Origin: Eledone cirrhosa
Taxonomy: Eukaryota
Reading direction: 5' to 3'
DNA length: 64,000 nt
Assembly (NCBI GenBank): GCA_964016885.1
Contig: OZ024750.1
Span: forward strand, 41,354,001 to 41,418,000
Each line of letters starts with the position of its first letter. Within the stretch, counting starts at the first letter, position 1. The position numbers were made by a program, and so were the translations under genes. Below are positions 1 to 11,849 of the stretch, one piece after another. Under the pieces are notes generated by a model. It did not search any database. It saw nothing but the letters and a program-made list of their open reading frames with translations, and was not told where the DNA came from.

Positions 1-445
1 CCTGTGTGAGGTGCGCGATGCTGCATGGTAGTGAGACTTGGGCAGCAACTGCAGAGGATATGCGACAGCTGAAGAGAAATGAGGCAAGTATGCTCCGTTG
101 GATGTGCAGTGTAAATGTGCGTGAACAGCCGAGCATGGATGTGTTGAGAGAGAAACTGTGTCTGAGAGGGATAAATTGTTGTGTATGGGAGAGGAGACTG
201 TGATGCGCATGGAGGATGACCGATGGGTGAAGTGCCAAGAAATGCCAGTTGAAGGAAGACATGGTAGTGGTAGACCATGAAAAACATGGGCGGAAGTGGT
301 GAGAGCTGACCTCAGATCGCTGAAGCTCACGGTGGAGATGACAAAGGACCGTGATGAGTGGAGAGATGCTGTGCTGAATAGGACCCGTCCCACCCTTGCA
401 AGCAGGGAAAAGCGGACGTAAAATGATGATGATGATAATGATGAT
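1..445 (+). mobile_element. RTE-clade LINE, 3' fragment (degenerate ORF C-terminus plus tail)
   Basis: Translation MLHGSETW...RNEASMLRWMC...ERRL resembles the RTE ORF at 12721-14115. Ends CCCACCCTTGCAAGCAGGGAAAAGCGGACGTAAAA(TGA)n followed by (TA)n. Confidence 0.85.
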
Positions 446-558
446 ATACATATATATATATAGAAAGAGAGAGACGGAGAGAGGGTGAGATGTGTGTATG
501 TCTGAGATGCCTACATATTAAAAACAGTTAACTTTATAGAGTTATATATATATATATA

Positions 559-812
559 TAGAATTCACATGAATCAAAGTTCTGTTCAAACCATTTATTA
601 GCTTACAATTGTTTCATCCAAACCGAGGTTTGGAGTCTTCGGAGCATTTTTCAATGTTTGTTTACATACATGACCTCCTTTCCAACACAAGAGACATTCA
701 GATACATATGTATATATTGATGCACAGTGGGGTGACATCCATTATATTATTTCTGAATGGCAATATAAATTCAAAAATTAAAATCAGAACTTTGATTCAT
801 GTGAATTCTATA
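559..812. mobile_element. Small MITE-like element with ~26-bp terminal inverted repeats
   Basis: TAGAATTCACATGAATCAAAGTTCTG (559-584) is the reverse complement of CAGAACTTTGATTCATGTGAATTCTA (785-810). TA flanks, non-coding interior. Confidence 0.5.
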
Positions 813-958
813 AAACTGCTCTGTAGAACAACTGATGTTATTACATTGAGCTATTTATCTTACTGGTAATAAGTTACTGACTTTCACTGTTTAGGGTTTA
901 AAATATATATAACTATAAAAAGTTTTAGTATATACCTAACCATAAATAGTATCCTTAA

Positions 959-1010
<52 letters not shown>

Positions 1011-1168
1011 ATACTTTGGGAGGGTCATGTTGCCAATAAGAAACACACGCACCAGTTGCTTTCACTTCAGTTTATTATATATTTATAAATTTATAAATTT
1101 ACAAATCTACAAACCTATAAATTTCTGGTTGGTTGGTTGGTTCCACAACCAGATAGTTGTTTATATAT

Positions 1169-1213
1169 AGTCATAGTCCTTTCGTCACACACTCTGTGAC
1201 CTCTTCAGTGACT
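1169..1213 (-). ncRNA. Minimal type I hammerhead ribozyme motif (left arm of Penelope palindrome)
   Basis: Reverse complement of 2469-2513. Confidence 0.65.
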
Positions 1214-1849
1214 GGGGATTCCTTTCCTTTGTTTCTGTGCCTTTCCTTTCTTCTATCCTACGCCATTTTGTTTCTGTGTGTGTGTTGTGTGCTCAGTTTG
1301 CGCATGCGCCATATCCGGGTGTCTGTGTGTGTTTGTGTTCATTTATCTATTTGTTTATTTATTTATTTATTTATTGTTGGTTGGTTGTTTGTTCTATGTG
1401 TGTGTGTGTTTTCATTTTGTCCTGTGTGTGTTTTCATTTTGTCCTTAATTGTAAGTTGTTTGTTCTATGTGTGTGTGTGTTTTCATTTTGTCCTGTGTGT
1501 GTTTTCATTTTGTCCTTAATTGTAAATTGTGATGTTGCTGTTCCACTCATATTTTCTATTTAATTTTGGTTTTAATTCTTTTATGCTTACTGCCTCTGTA
1601 ATTTGCCTAAACATTGCGTCTTTTCTGTGTGTGGATTCTATTTTTATTTCTATGTTCTCTAGTCTACCTCTGTGTTCTATCTTAGCATGTTGGTAGAGCA
1701 CAGATGATTCTTTATTATCTTGGAGGTCTCGCCAGTGTTCATTTATTCGTTCCCCTATACTACGAGCTGTCTCACCTATGTACACTATATTTTTGTTTCT
1801 ACATTGTCCTTCTGTACATCTTATGCTATACGTATGTATAGCATACGTA

Positions 1850-2166
1850 TGTATAGCATAAGATATACAGAAGGACAATGTAGAAACAAAAATATAGTGT
1901 ACATAGGTGAGACAGCTCGTAGTATAGGGGAACGAATAAATGAACACTGGCGAGACCTCCAAGATAATAAAGAATCATCTGTGCTCTACCAACATGCTAA
2001 GATAGAACACAGAGGTAGACTAGAGAACATAGAAATAAAAATAGAATCCACACACAGAAAAGACGCAATGTTTAGGCAAATTACAGAGGCAGTAAGCATA
2101 AAAGAATTAAAACCAAAATTAAATAGAAAATATGAGTGGAACAGCAACATCACAACTTACAATTAA
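1850..2166 (+). pseudogene. GIY-YIG endonuclease domain of a Penelope-like element (5'-truncated; mirror copy on - strand 1516-~1830)
   Basis: MYSI...VYIGET.R....R..EH...E...I....P.LN motif pattern. No RT upstream. The N-terminal part of the ORF-track protein is only the antisense arm. Confidence 0.8.
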
Positions 2167-2468
2167 GGACAAAATGAAAACACACACAGGACAAAATGAA
2201 AACACACACACACATAGAACAAACAACTTACAATTGAGGACAAAATGAAAACACACACAGGACAAAATGAAAACACACACACACATAGAACAAACAACCA
2301 ACCAACAATAAATAAATAAATAAATAAACAAATAGATAAATGAACACAAACACACACAGACACCCGGATATGGCGCATGCGCAAACTGAGCACACAACAC
2401 ACACACAGAAACAAAATGGCGTAGGATAGAAGAAAGGAAAGGCACAGAAACAAAGGAAAGGAATCCTC

Positions 2469-2513
2469 AGTCACTGAAGAGGTCACAGAGTGTGTGACGA
2501 AAGGACTATGACT
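2469..2513 (+). ncRNA. Minimal type I hammerhead ribozyme motif in Penelope pLTR
   Basis: AGTCA-CTGAAGA-G-GTCACA(GAGTG)TGTGAC-GAAA-GGAC-TA-TGACT. Stem I AGTCA/TGACT, core CUGANGA and GAAA, stem II hairpin, vestigial stem III. Confidence 0.65.
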
Positions 2514-2804
2514 ATATATAAACAACTATCTGGTTGTGGAACCAACCAACCAACCAGAAATTTATAGGTTTGTAAATTTATAAATTTATAAATATATAAT
2601 AAACTGAAGTGAAAGCAACTGGTGCGTGTGTTTCTTATTGGCAACATGACCCTCCCAAAGTATAACAATATCGGTTTCAACACACGATTTCAGATAAAGA
2701 ATCTTGCTAAACAAATTCAGAAACGAAATATATATATATATATATATATAACCCATGCTAGCGTGGAAAGTGGACGTTAAACGAGGATGATGATAATATA
2801 TATA

Positions 2805-2997
2805 ACGAAGGATGTGTGGTAAGGAACCAGATGGACCATAACGCACCAGAGTAGTCAATACTTAGGGTAGTAGAGTGGGTAATAGGAAAATGTTTAACCC
2901 CGACGGCAGAGCTCAAGCCATTTGGACGGCTATTTCTGGACTGAAATAACCGTCGAAATGGCTTGCGCTCTGCCGTCGGGGTTAAACATTTTCCTAT
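2805..2997. repeat. Fold-back insert: ~116-bp hairpin (2882-2997) with ~77-bp unpaired extension, between TA runs
   Basis: ATAGGAAAATGTTTAACCCCGACGGCAGAGC ... GCTCTGCCGTCGGGGTTAAACATTTTCCTAT. Confidence 0.85.
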
Positions 2998-3057
2998 ATA
3001 TATATATCATCATCATCACCGTTTTACGTCCGTTCTTCCACGCTAGCATGGGTTAGA

Positions 3058-3097
<40 letters not shown>

Positions 3098-3409
3098 ACT
3101 TTTGATAATTTAGAATACAAGCTAATGATAAAATAAACAATATCTTTAAAAATGTAACCCCCAAGGGTGTGTGGCCCTAAGCTACAGTTTATTAAGCTTA
3201 TAGGTAAGTCCAACACTGCCTAAATAGAATAAAAGATCTCTTTAATTCTGATGTGATGCTTCTGATCAAGAAACAGATATTTACGTGATCAGTGATAGAA
3301 AATATCTACTTTAGACATTGATCTTTTATTTTAGCTAATTTAGTTTATTTTATTTCCATAAAAGGTTACTAAGGTCAGAACTGTGAGAAATTAACTGTGA
3401 TTTATATAA

Positions 3410-3955
3410 TCCATCATCATCACCATCAGTACCACCATCAGTACCGCCATCACCATCATCATCACCATCAGTACCACCATCAGTACCGCCATCACCATCA
3501 TCATCACCATCAGTACCACCATCAGTACCGCCATCACCATCATCATCACCATCAGTACCACCATCAGTACCGCCATCACCATCATTATCACCATCAGTAC
3601 CATCATCAGTACCACCATCAGTACCACAATCATCATCATCATCTTCATTACCACCACCACTACCACCATCTTTATCATCACCCTCACTATCATCATCATC
3701 ACCATTACCCCTACCACCATCAGCTCCCCCATCACCGCCACCATCTTCATCATCATAACCACCACCACCACCACCACCACCATCCCCACCACCCCCACCA
3801 CCACCATCACCACCCCACTACCACCACCCCCACCCCACCACCCCACTACCACCACCCCCACCCCACCCCCACCCCCACCACCCCACTACCACCCCCCACC
3901 CCACCCCCACCACCACCACCCCACTACCACCACCACCACCCCACCCCACCACCAC
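3410..3955. repeat. (CAC/CAT)n low-complexity tract including a 39-bp higher-order unit
   Basis: Repeated CACCATCAGTACCACCATCAGTACCGCCATCACCATCAT, then CAC/CCC-rich sequence. Confidence 0.9.
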
Positions 3956-4324
3956 ATCTATTGTAAACCAGATACATACAGGGATGAATGTATGTCTGGT
4001 CCTTTAACTGCTAAGGAAGTTGTAAAGGTACCGTATTGATATACAACATTTCTAGGGCCTTATTAAGGAGCGGTGGATTGGCTGTATCGGTAGAGGGTCG
4101 GACGCCATGCTTTAACACATAGAGTTATGGCCCTTACCATTCTGAGTTCAAATCCTGCTGAGGTTAACTTTGCCTTTCATCCTTATAGGGTCGATAAAAT
4201 AAAGTACCAGTAATGCACTGGGTAATTGCTGGCCTTGTGCCAAAAAGTAGAAACAATTATTTACCTGGCATTCTGAGTTCAAATCCCACCGACGCTTGTT
4301 TTGCTTTTTATCCTTACGGTATTC

Positions 4325-4543
4325 TCTTTTGAAGAGAAGAGATGGGCAGAGGTGACTGAGGCCCGCGAAAGGAGGAGAAAGACATCAACAGCTGCCCCAA
4401 GCAACTCCGGTCTCTTCCCCTGCCCCCACTGTCCCCAGACCTGCAAGTCAAAGATCGACCTCCACAGCCACCTTTGTGCCCACGGCAGACGGGAACTAAA
4501 ATAAAGGAAATGTCATCATCGTTTACGATGGACAACCAAGAGA
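4325..4543 (+). mobile_element. 3' end of a LINE (RTE-like) with C-terminal C2H2 zinc finger, inserted inside a SINE
   Basis: FEEKR...RERRRK...FPCPHCPQTCKSKIDLHSHLCAH-stop plus short 3'UTR. It splits the SINE between CCTTACGGT and TTGATAAAATAAAGTACC. Confidence 0.65.
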
Positions 4544-4767
4544 TTGATAAAATAAAGTACCAGCAATGCACTGGAGTCGATTTAATCGATTTTTCCCTTC
4601 CTTCCCCAAAAAGCTAGAAACCATTATTGAACCTGGCAGGTGGATTGGCAGTGTCGGCAGAGGGTTGAACGCCATGCTTTTCAGCAAAGAGTTACGGCCC
4701 TTTATGATCTGAGTTCAAATCCCGCCGAGGTTAACTTTGCCTTTCATCCTTACGGGGTTGATAAAAT

Positions 4768-5390
4768 AAAGTACCGGGAATGTACTGGGGTAATTGATGG
4801 CCTTGTGCCAAAAGTAGAAACCATTATATTAAAGTACCAGGAATGTACTGGGGTAATTGATGGCCTTGTGCCAAAAGTAGAAACCATTATATTAAAGTAC
4901 CAGGAATGTACTGGGGTAATTGATGGCCTTGTGCCAAAAGTAGAAACCATTATATTAAAGTACCAGGAATGTACTGGGGTAATTGATGGCCTTGTGCCAA
5001 AAGTAGAAACCATTATATTAAAGTACCAGGAATGTACTGGGTAATTGATGGCCTTGTGCCAAAAGTAGAAACCATTATATTAAAGTACCAGGAATGTACT
5101 GGGGTAATTGATAGACTTGTGCCAAAAGTAGAAACCATTATATTAAAGTACCAGGAATGTACTGGGTAATTGATAGACTTGTGCCAAAAGTAGAAACCAT
5201 TATATTAAAGTACCAGGAATGTACTGGGTAATTGCTGGCCTTGTGCCAAAAGTAGAAACCATTATATTAAAGTACCAGTAATGTACTGGGGTAATTGATG
5301 GCCTTGTGCCAAAAGTAGAAACCATTATATTAAAGTACCAGTAATGCACTGGGTAATTGCTGGCCTGTGCCAAAAGTAGAAACCATTATT
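4768..5390. repeat. 63-bp minisatellite (~10 copies) from the SINE family B 3' half
   Basis: Unit TAAAGTACCAGGAATGTACTGGGGTAATTGATGGCCTTGTGCCAAAAGTAGAAACCATTATAT; 21-aa periodicity in the ORF track. Confidence 0.92.
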
Positions 5391-5585
5391 GAACCTGGCA
5401 GGGCCCATCTCTTCTCCTGGTCAGAACACAGAAGATTTCTTCCAGAGAAAGATAGAGAGTGAGAGAAAGAAGGTGAGAAGGAGATATAGAGGAAGAATCG
5501 ACCTCAGTACAAGACTGGTACTTTTTTTTATCGAACTTGAAAGGATGAAAGGCAAAGTTGACCCTGGCAGGATTCTGAACACTCG
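5391..5585 (-). mobile_element. SINE family B variant fragment with CT-rich tail (similar copy at ~50515-50650)
   Basis: GAAAGGATGAAAGGCAAAGTTGACC is the reverse complement of the central domain. Shares AACCTGGCA...TTCTTCCAGAGAAAGA...GAGGAAGAATC with 50515-50650. Confidence 0.6.
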
Positions 5586-5589
5586 ACGG

Positions 5590-6082
5590 CGGTGGTGACG
5601 GCGATGGTGAAGATGATAACAATGGTGATGATGGTGATGATGATGGTGATGATGATGATGGTGATGATGATGGCGATGGTGATGATGATGGTGATGATGA
5701 TGATGATGATGATGATGACAATGATGATTATGATGATGATGATGACAATAACAATGATAATGATGATGATGATGATGATGACAATGATGATTATGACAAT
5801 GATGATGATGATGATGATGATGATGACGATAACAATGATAATGATGATGATGATGATGATGATGATGACAATGATGATTATGATGATGATGATGACAATA
5901 ACAATGATAATGATGATGATGATGATGATGACAATGATGATTATGACAATGATGATGATGATGATGATGATGATGACGATAACAATGATAATGATGATGA
6001 TGATGATGATGATGATGACAATGATGACGATGACAATGATGATGATGACGATGATGATTATGATGACAATGATGACGATGAT
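5590..6082. repeat. (GAT)n microsatellite with internal block duplications
   Basis: Direct reading. Confidence 0.95.
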
Positions 6083-6353
6083 AGTGAAATAAAGTGAAAT
6101 CCTATTTAGGTATTAATAAACCCTGGTTATGGAAGGCCAAAATAAATAGCAACATTTTATTGTTATTTATTCCATAACCTTTACCAGTAACAGTCTGACA
6201 TAGTTGGCAACATCGACAACATAGAAGCAACCATCACATAAAACCCATTAATTATTTCAGCCTTCCAGCGCAGCTTAAAGGGTCACTTATTCATTTTAGC
6301 TGAGTAGAAGAAACATAATTTACTGTCAGACCAACATTTGGTTGTATAATTAA

Positions 6354-6792
6354 CCCTTTCATTATTATTTCCTCAAATAAAAGACACTGCCTATAATTTT
6401 CAAATCATTTTGAAAAATAATTGTTTCTACATTTGGCACAAGGCCAGCAATTATCCCAGTACATTACTGGTACTTTATTTTATCGACCCCCCCCCCCCCG
6501 TAAGGATGAAAGGCAAAGTTAACCTCGGCGGGATTTGAACTCAGATCGTAAAGGGACGTAACTACGCTGGAAAGCATGGCGTCCGACTCTCTACCTATAC
6601 TGCCAATCCATCGCCCTCTTTTGAAAATCCACCCTATTTTGAAAAATAATCTAGAATTTATAGATTTAGTAAAATTTTCTCATTATTTGTTGGTATTTAC
6701 TTCTTCTTCTTCTTCTTCTTCTTCTACTTCTTCTTCGCCCACTTATTTCTGAGAGGGTCCTGGAGGCAGAGTCTGATTTAAATGCTGAAGGG
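6354..6792. mobile_element. piggyBac-type MITE (different interior) with a family B SINE (~6418-6615, -) inserted
   Basis: TTAA-CCCTTTC left end and TTTAAATGCTGAAGGG-TTAA right end. Confidence 0.5.
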
Positions 6793-6809
6793 TTAATCAA
6801 TGACGATCT

Positions 6810-6840
<31 letters not shown>

Positions 6841-7617
6841 AATAAGCACATTAAAACAAAATTTTGTTTTATTGTAGATCCAGGGACAGTTTAAGACAGT
6901 CTCATATCAAAAGGATATCTCCTATACTAAAGCACTCCGATAAAATATGACAAATACAGACTGAAAAATAAAATTATCTGTTCATCTGCAACACAAATCT
7001 CTAGCAATAACTTGTTCTGAATGAGTTAACATTATTAGCAGAACAGATAAGAAGGCAAGGGTTATTTCCCTTTATTGGTTTGTTGTAAAAATGTCACTAC
7101 TTCCATTGCTGCTATTCCTCTCGGGAGATAGAATAAATTCTTATCGACTTTTGAAGTACACATGAACTCTATAAAGTTCTCAGTTGAGTGGTAGCTACAG
7201 AAATGTGATTGGAGAGAAACACAATAGATACATCAACTAACATTTCTTTAAGGGCTTAACCACTATCATTATTATTGTTATTATTATTATTATTATTACT
7301 ATTATTGTCATCATCACTACAAAGGCAAAAGGATAATACAAATTCATCCAAATCACTGAATTCTAATTTTATTCATTCTTTCTTCTTCTTCATCTTAGCT
7401 TCATCCACCTCCACCTCCTCCCCTTCTTCTTCTCCACCCATTTTCTCTACTCTTTCTTTTCTTCTTTCTTCTTTTTTTCCTTCTTCCTTCTTTTACAATT
7501 TATAAATTATAATCCTGGCTGTGAAAATAAACAAGTGTAAACACATTTTGTGTTATTTTCTCCATACACAGAAAAACAAGACATTAATACATTTCATAGA
7601 TTTTGTTTGTCCCCTGA

Positions 7618-7772
7618 AGGCAATGAATTGGCAGAGTGGTTAGAATGTCAGATAGAATGTTTTGTGTCATTTGTTCTGACTCTGCTCTCTATGTTTAATC
7701 CTACTGAGGTCAACTTTGCTTTTCATCCATTCGAGGTCGATAAAAAAAGTACCAGTCCAGTACTGGGGTCAA
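7618..7772 (+). mobile_element. Diverged SINE family B copy
   Basis: GGCAATGAATTGGCAGAGTGGTTAG head and TTTGCTTTTCATCCATTCGAGGTCGATAAAA central domain. Confidence 0.65.
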
Positions 7773-7774
7773 TT

Positions 7775-8041
7775 CATCATCATCATCATCATCACCGTTT
7801 TACGTCCGTTCTTCCACGCTAGCATGGGTTAGACGGGTTGTCCTGTTGTGGGCAGTGTCCGGTCGTCTGACCATGCCTTGCTCATACGGGAACTGATTCT
7901 GGCTTGATTTCTACAGCTGGATGCCCTTCCTAACACCAACCTCATTTACAGTGAGTGATGGGTGCTTTTTTTCCGTGGCTCCTACAGGTCCACTTTACAG
8001 TGTGGACTGGGTGCTTTTGTGACGTGGCACCTCCACGACCA
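7775..8041 (-). mobile_element. SINE family A, 5'-truncated, with long RTE-type tail
   Basis: Reverse complement of the 3' half of 21711-22106; starts with (CAT)n. Confidence 0.8.
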
Positions 8042-8273
8042 CTTCATTGTTATTGTTAAATTAATATGTAATATTTCAGACTCTGTATCTAAATGATTGA
8101 CTCAGCAAAACATGGAACCAATCTCTGAATCTCACTGAATTACTGGCTAACGGATTACATTGAGTTCTAACTATGGTATAGACCCTACTATGAAAGGTAG
8201 ACCACATTGATTATATATATATAATGAAGGCAGTATGCTGGAAACTTACATCATTTTATTAATTATGTCATTG

Positions 8274-8330
8274 CTGTTATACACATTTCAGTAGTATCAA
8301 TTATATAATAGATTTGACCTCATCAGACAG
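8274..8330 (-). ncRNA. Degenerate minimal hammerhead ribozyme motif (probable Penelope pLTR remnant)
   Basis: Minus strand CTGT-CTGATGA-GGT...ACT-GAAA-TGTGTA-TA-ACAG; stem II imperfect. Confidence 0.45.
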
Positions 8331-8416
8331 TACATATGTAATTTTCATACTGTGATATGCCTTGGATGAGTATTTTGATGATGCCTGTTGACATATATAT
8401 CATCATCACAGTTTAA

Positions 8417-8637
8417 CTCTTTAGCATTTATATTTCTCCATATTTACTATTTTATTTTCACAGTAAAGGATTTACCCCACATAATATCTCACATAATATC
8501 GAATCTATGAGATTTTCATATTATTTATTTTTAGAACAATACTGTAACATAAGTATGAGAGGCCAGTTACAGCTCGTTTGAACACACAAAAAAGGAGAGA
8601 ATTCTTTCCAGATATGGTCAGTTTAAATGCTAAAGGG
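8417..8637 (+). mobile_element. ~220-bp piggyBac-type MITE, empty copy (Tx1 target family)
   Basis: TTAA-CTCTTTAGCATTTA ... TAAATGCTAAAGGG-TTAA; interior matches 20850-21069. Confidence 0.85.
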
Positions 8638-8686
8638 TTAATGTCTGTTTTCCACACGTGCATGAGTTAGATTGAATTGCAATTAA

Positions 8687-8784
8687 CCTTCAGCATGCTG
8701 TTGGTGACAAGAGAGTAATCTCCCCTTAATATATAATACAGTGTCAAGGGGAGCAATTCATGAAAATATTCAGCATGCTAAAGA
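8687..8784. mobile_element. ~100-bp TTAA-flanked MITE with related TIRs
   Basis: TTAA-CCTTCAGCATGCTG ... CAGCATGCTAAAGA-TTAA. Confidence 0.5.
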
Positions 8785-8812
8785 TTAATGTAGTTGTACA
8801 TTGCACTCAGTA

Positions 8813-8845
<33 letters not shown>

Positions 8846-9093
8846 TTTACGTCTGCTTTTCCCTGCTAGCACAATAATTCCAAGGTGAATCCATGGCAAC
8901 ACAAGGGACCAGTTGATGTGTGTAATTGACTGAAAAGCCCATTACCTAAAGACTCACACCCTATCATTACATAATTGTAATTGTGAATGGCTTTGAGCCA
9001 ACCCACAGGTGAAACACATGTAATGAAATAAACATATGTTAAACTATCTTTCTCTCATATATATATATATGTGTGAATATATATATATATATA

Positions 9094-9248
<155 letters not shown>

Positions 9249-9260
9249 GTGTGTATATAT

Positions 9261-9864
9261 CATCATCATCATCATCATCATCAACGTTTAACGTCCGTGT
9301 TCCACGCTTGCATGGGTTTGGACGGGGGTAGTCCCACTTGAGGCAAGAGTGATTGTCTTGCTCGCATAGGACTGTCTGGCAGGTTTTCTACAGTTGGATG
9401 CCCTTCCTAACACCAACCACATTTACAGTGTGGGTCTGGGAGGTTTTTACCGTGTTGCCTACACGGCCACATTACAGCGTGGACTGTGTGTTTTTTTTTG
9501 TCGTGACACCTACACGATCTCATTTGTTTCGGCCTGGATGGCGCGGCACCAACATAACTTTACATAGAACGGGGTGGTGTGGATGGGGTGGTGGTGGTGG
9601 TGGTGGGACGGGGTGTATTTTGTTAGAGATGCCTACTGGCAAGGCGGGTCTTCTCTGTTACTGAGTACCGCCAAAGGTCTCGGTCCAGTGACATTGTCTT
9701 GGAGAGGTGTAAGTGTGTGAGGTCGGAGTTTATCAGCTCGTCCCAGGTTTTTCTAGGTCTGCCTATTCCGTGGCTACCGTCTATCTTTATTGCCCTGCAC
9801 TTTGTTATACAGCTATCGACTTTCATGCGCATCACGTGTCCATACCAACGTAGCCTTCTCTCGA

Positions 9865-9865
<1 letters not shown>
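9261..9865 (-). mobile_element. RTE-clade LINE 3' fragment in (TA)n
   Basis: ORF end [30 protein letters not shown]... and 3'UTR nearly identical to 52354-53225; (TGA)n tail. Confidence 0.92.
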
Positions 9866-9898
<33 letters not shown>

Positions 9899-9949
9899 GT
9901 TTTAATCAACAGTGGTAGCGGTGGTGGTGGTGGCATAGTGCTTGTAACA

Positions 9950-10846
9950 ATGGTGATGGTGATGATGACACTGCTGACACTGCTGATGCTGTTGCTGATG
10001 CTGCTGCTGCTTGTGCTGATGCTGGTGCTGGTACTGCTGCTGATGATGATGGTGCTGCTGAAGGTGATGGTGCTGGTGCTGCTGAAAGTGTTGGAGCTGA
10101 TGATGGTGCTGGTGCTGATGTTGGTGCTGCTGAAGGTGATGGTGCTGCTGCTGCTGATGATGATGATGATGGTGCTGATTATGGTGCTGCTGAAAGTGTT
10201 GGTGCTGCTGCTGCTGCTGCTGCTGAAGGTGATGGTGCTGATGATGATGATGATGGTGCTGCTGAAGGTGTTGGTGCTGCTGCTGCTGATGATGATGATG
10301 GTGCTGGTGCTGATGTTGGTGCTGCTGAAGGTGATGGTGCTGCTGCTGCTGATGATGATGATGGTGCTGATGATGGTGCTGCTGAAGATGTTGGTGCTGC
10401 TGAAGGTGATGGTGCTGATGTTGGTGCTGCTGAAGGTGATGGTGCTGATGATGATGGTACTGATGTTGGTGCTGCTGAAGGTGTTGGTGATGCTGCTGAT
10501 GATGATGATGATGATGGTGCTGCTGAAGGTGATGGTGCTGCTGAAGGTGATGGTGCTGCTGAAGATGCTGGTGCTGATGTTGGTGCTGGTCCTGATGTTG
10601 GTGCTGCTGATGATGATGATGATGATGGTGCTGCTGAAGGTGATGGTGCTGCTGAAGATGATGGTGCAGCTGCTGCTGCTGAAGATGATGGTGCTGGTAC
10701 TGATGTTGGTGCTGCTGCTGCTGATGATGATGATGATGCTGCTGCTGGTGTTGATGATGGTGCTGCTGAAGGTGTTGGTGCTGATGCTGATGTTGGTGCT
10801 GCTGCTGAAGGTGAAGGTGCAGCTGCTGCTGAAGGTGATGGTGTTG
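9950..10846. repeat. Compound trinucleotide tract (GCT/GAT/GGT/GAA)
   Basis: Direct reading; source of the spurious 320- and 348-aa low-complexity ORFs. Confidence 0.9.
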
Positions 10847-10894
10847 GTATTTATATCCTCACAGAATCTAGTCCTCATTAACAGTCGTGTTCAA

Positions 10895-11402
10895 CAATAA
10901 TTGTTTTCTACTTTAGGCACAAGGCCAGCAATTAAGCCCCAGTGCATTACGGGTACTTTATTTTATTGACCCTGTAAGGATGAAAAGCAAAGCCAGCCTC
11001 AGCAGGATTTGAACTAAGAACGTAAAGGGCCGTAACTCTATGCCACAAAGTTAACCTCGGCGGGATTTGAACTCAGAAAATAAAGCGACATAACTATATG
11101 CTGTGAAGCAGGGTGTCCGACACTCTACTGATTCTGCCAATCCACATCAATAATAATAATGGTTTTTACTTTAGGCACAAGGCCAGTAAATTTGGTGGGG
11201 AGAGGGGGGGAATGTCAATTTAATTGACCCCAGTGTATTACGGGTACTTTATTTTATTGACCCTGTAAGGATGAAAAGCAAAGCCAGCCTCAGCAGGATT
11301 TGAACTCAGAACGTAAAGGGCCGTAACTCTATGCCACAAAGTTAACCTCGGCGGGATTTGAACTCAGATCATAAAGGGAGGTAACTCTATGCTTCAAAGC
11401 AT
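10895..11402 (-). mobile_element. Cluster of rearranged or duplicated SINE family B copies
   Basis: Repeated GGATTTGAACTCAGA (B-box reverse complement) and GGATGAAAAGCAAAG; ~10940-11075 is duplicated at ~11228-11365. Confidence 0.75.
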
Positions 11403-11849
11403 GGTGAATATTGATGTCCTCCAAGAATAATATTTGGTGTTAGTAATGTTCCATCTAATTTAAAATATCAGCTTCCATTCCGAACATTTCTGCAACAGTT
11501 TCTATGTCCCAAGCACACAATTGATATATTCTTGTGAAAGTAACAAACTTTATCGATGTAAATTAAGATGTGTCAGAAATTCTGAACAATTTAATTTAAC
11601 GCACTCATCTAACACAACATCTGCTACAAAGATACTTCTTTGCTTTAGCTTGTAGTTGATTGCTTTTAAAGGGGAGAGAATCACCATAAAACTTTGTAGA
11701 TACAAATTTGAAGCAAATGGGATTTAAAAGTTTTATACGTGCTTTTAAATTCTCTTTATCATTTTATATTCAAAAACTTACTAGATAATCAAATTATTCA
11801 AACCAAACTAACAATTCTTCAAATACTTTTGTGAAATTACAACTTTCAA

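Larger units (their letters stand above)
1003..2728. mobile_element. Penelope-like element remnant as a ~1.67-kb palindrome (two ~830-bp arms, axis ~1841) plus ~57-bp one-sided extension
   Basis: Mirror ORFs 1516-1962(-) and 1720-2166(+). Each arm encodes YSI-x11-YIGETARSIGERINEH...RQITEAVSIKELKPKLNR (GIY-YIG C-terminus of Penelope-like elements), followed by a pLTR with a hammerhead motif. (TA)n on both sides. Confidence 0.9.
4070..5390 (+). mobile_element. Cluster of three head-to-tail tRNA-derived SINEs with Nin/Deu-like central domain (family B)
   Basis: B-box GAGTTCAAATC, central GCCTTTCATCCTTACGGGGTYGATAAAATAAAGTACC, tail GGCCTTGTGCCAAAAGTAGAAACCATTATT. Copies at ~4070-4262, ~4270-4628 (interrupted), ~4640-5390. 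Confidence 0.8.

Noticed and set aside
6175-6320. Possible minus-strand host exon (and a possible plus-strand acceptor at ~43458)
   Set aside because: Splice-like signals only; stops in all frames and no recognisable protein.
11405-11800. Possible degenerate coding fragment on the minus strand
   Set aside because: No motif I can identify with confidence; needs a translated homology search.
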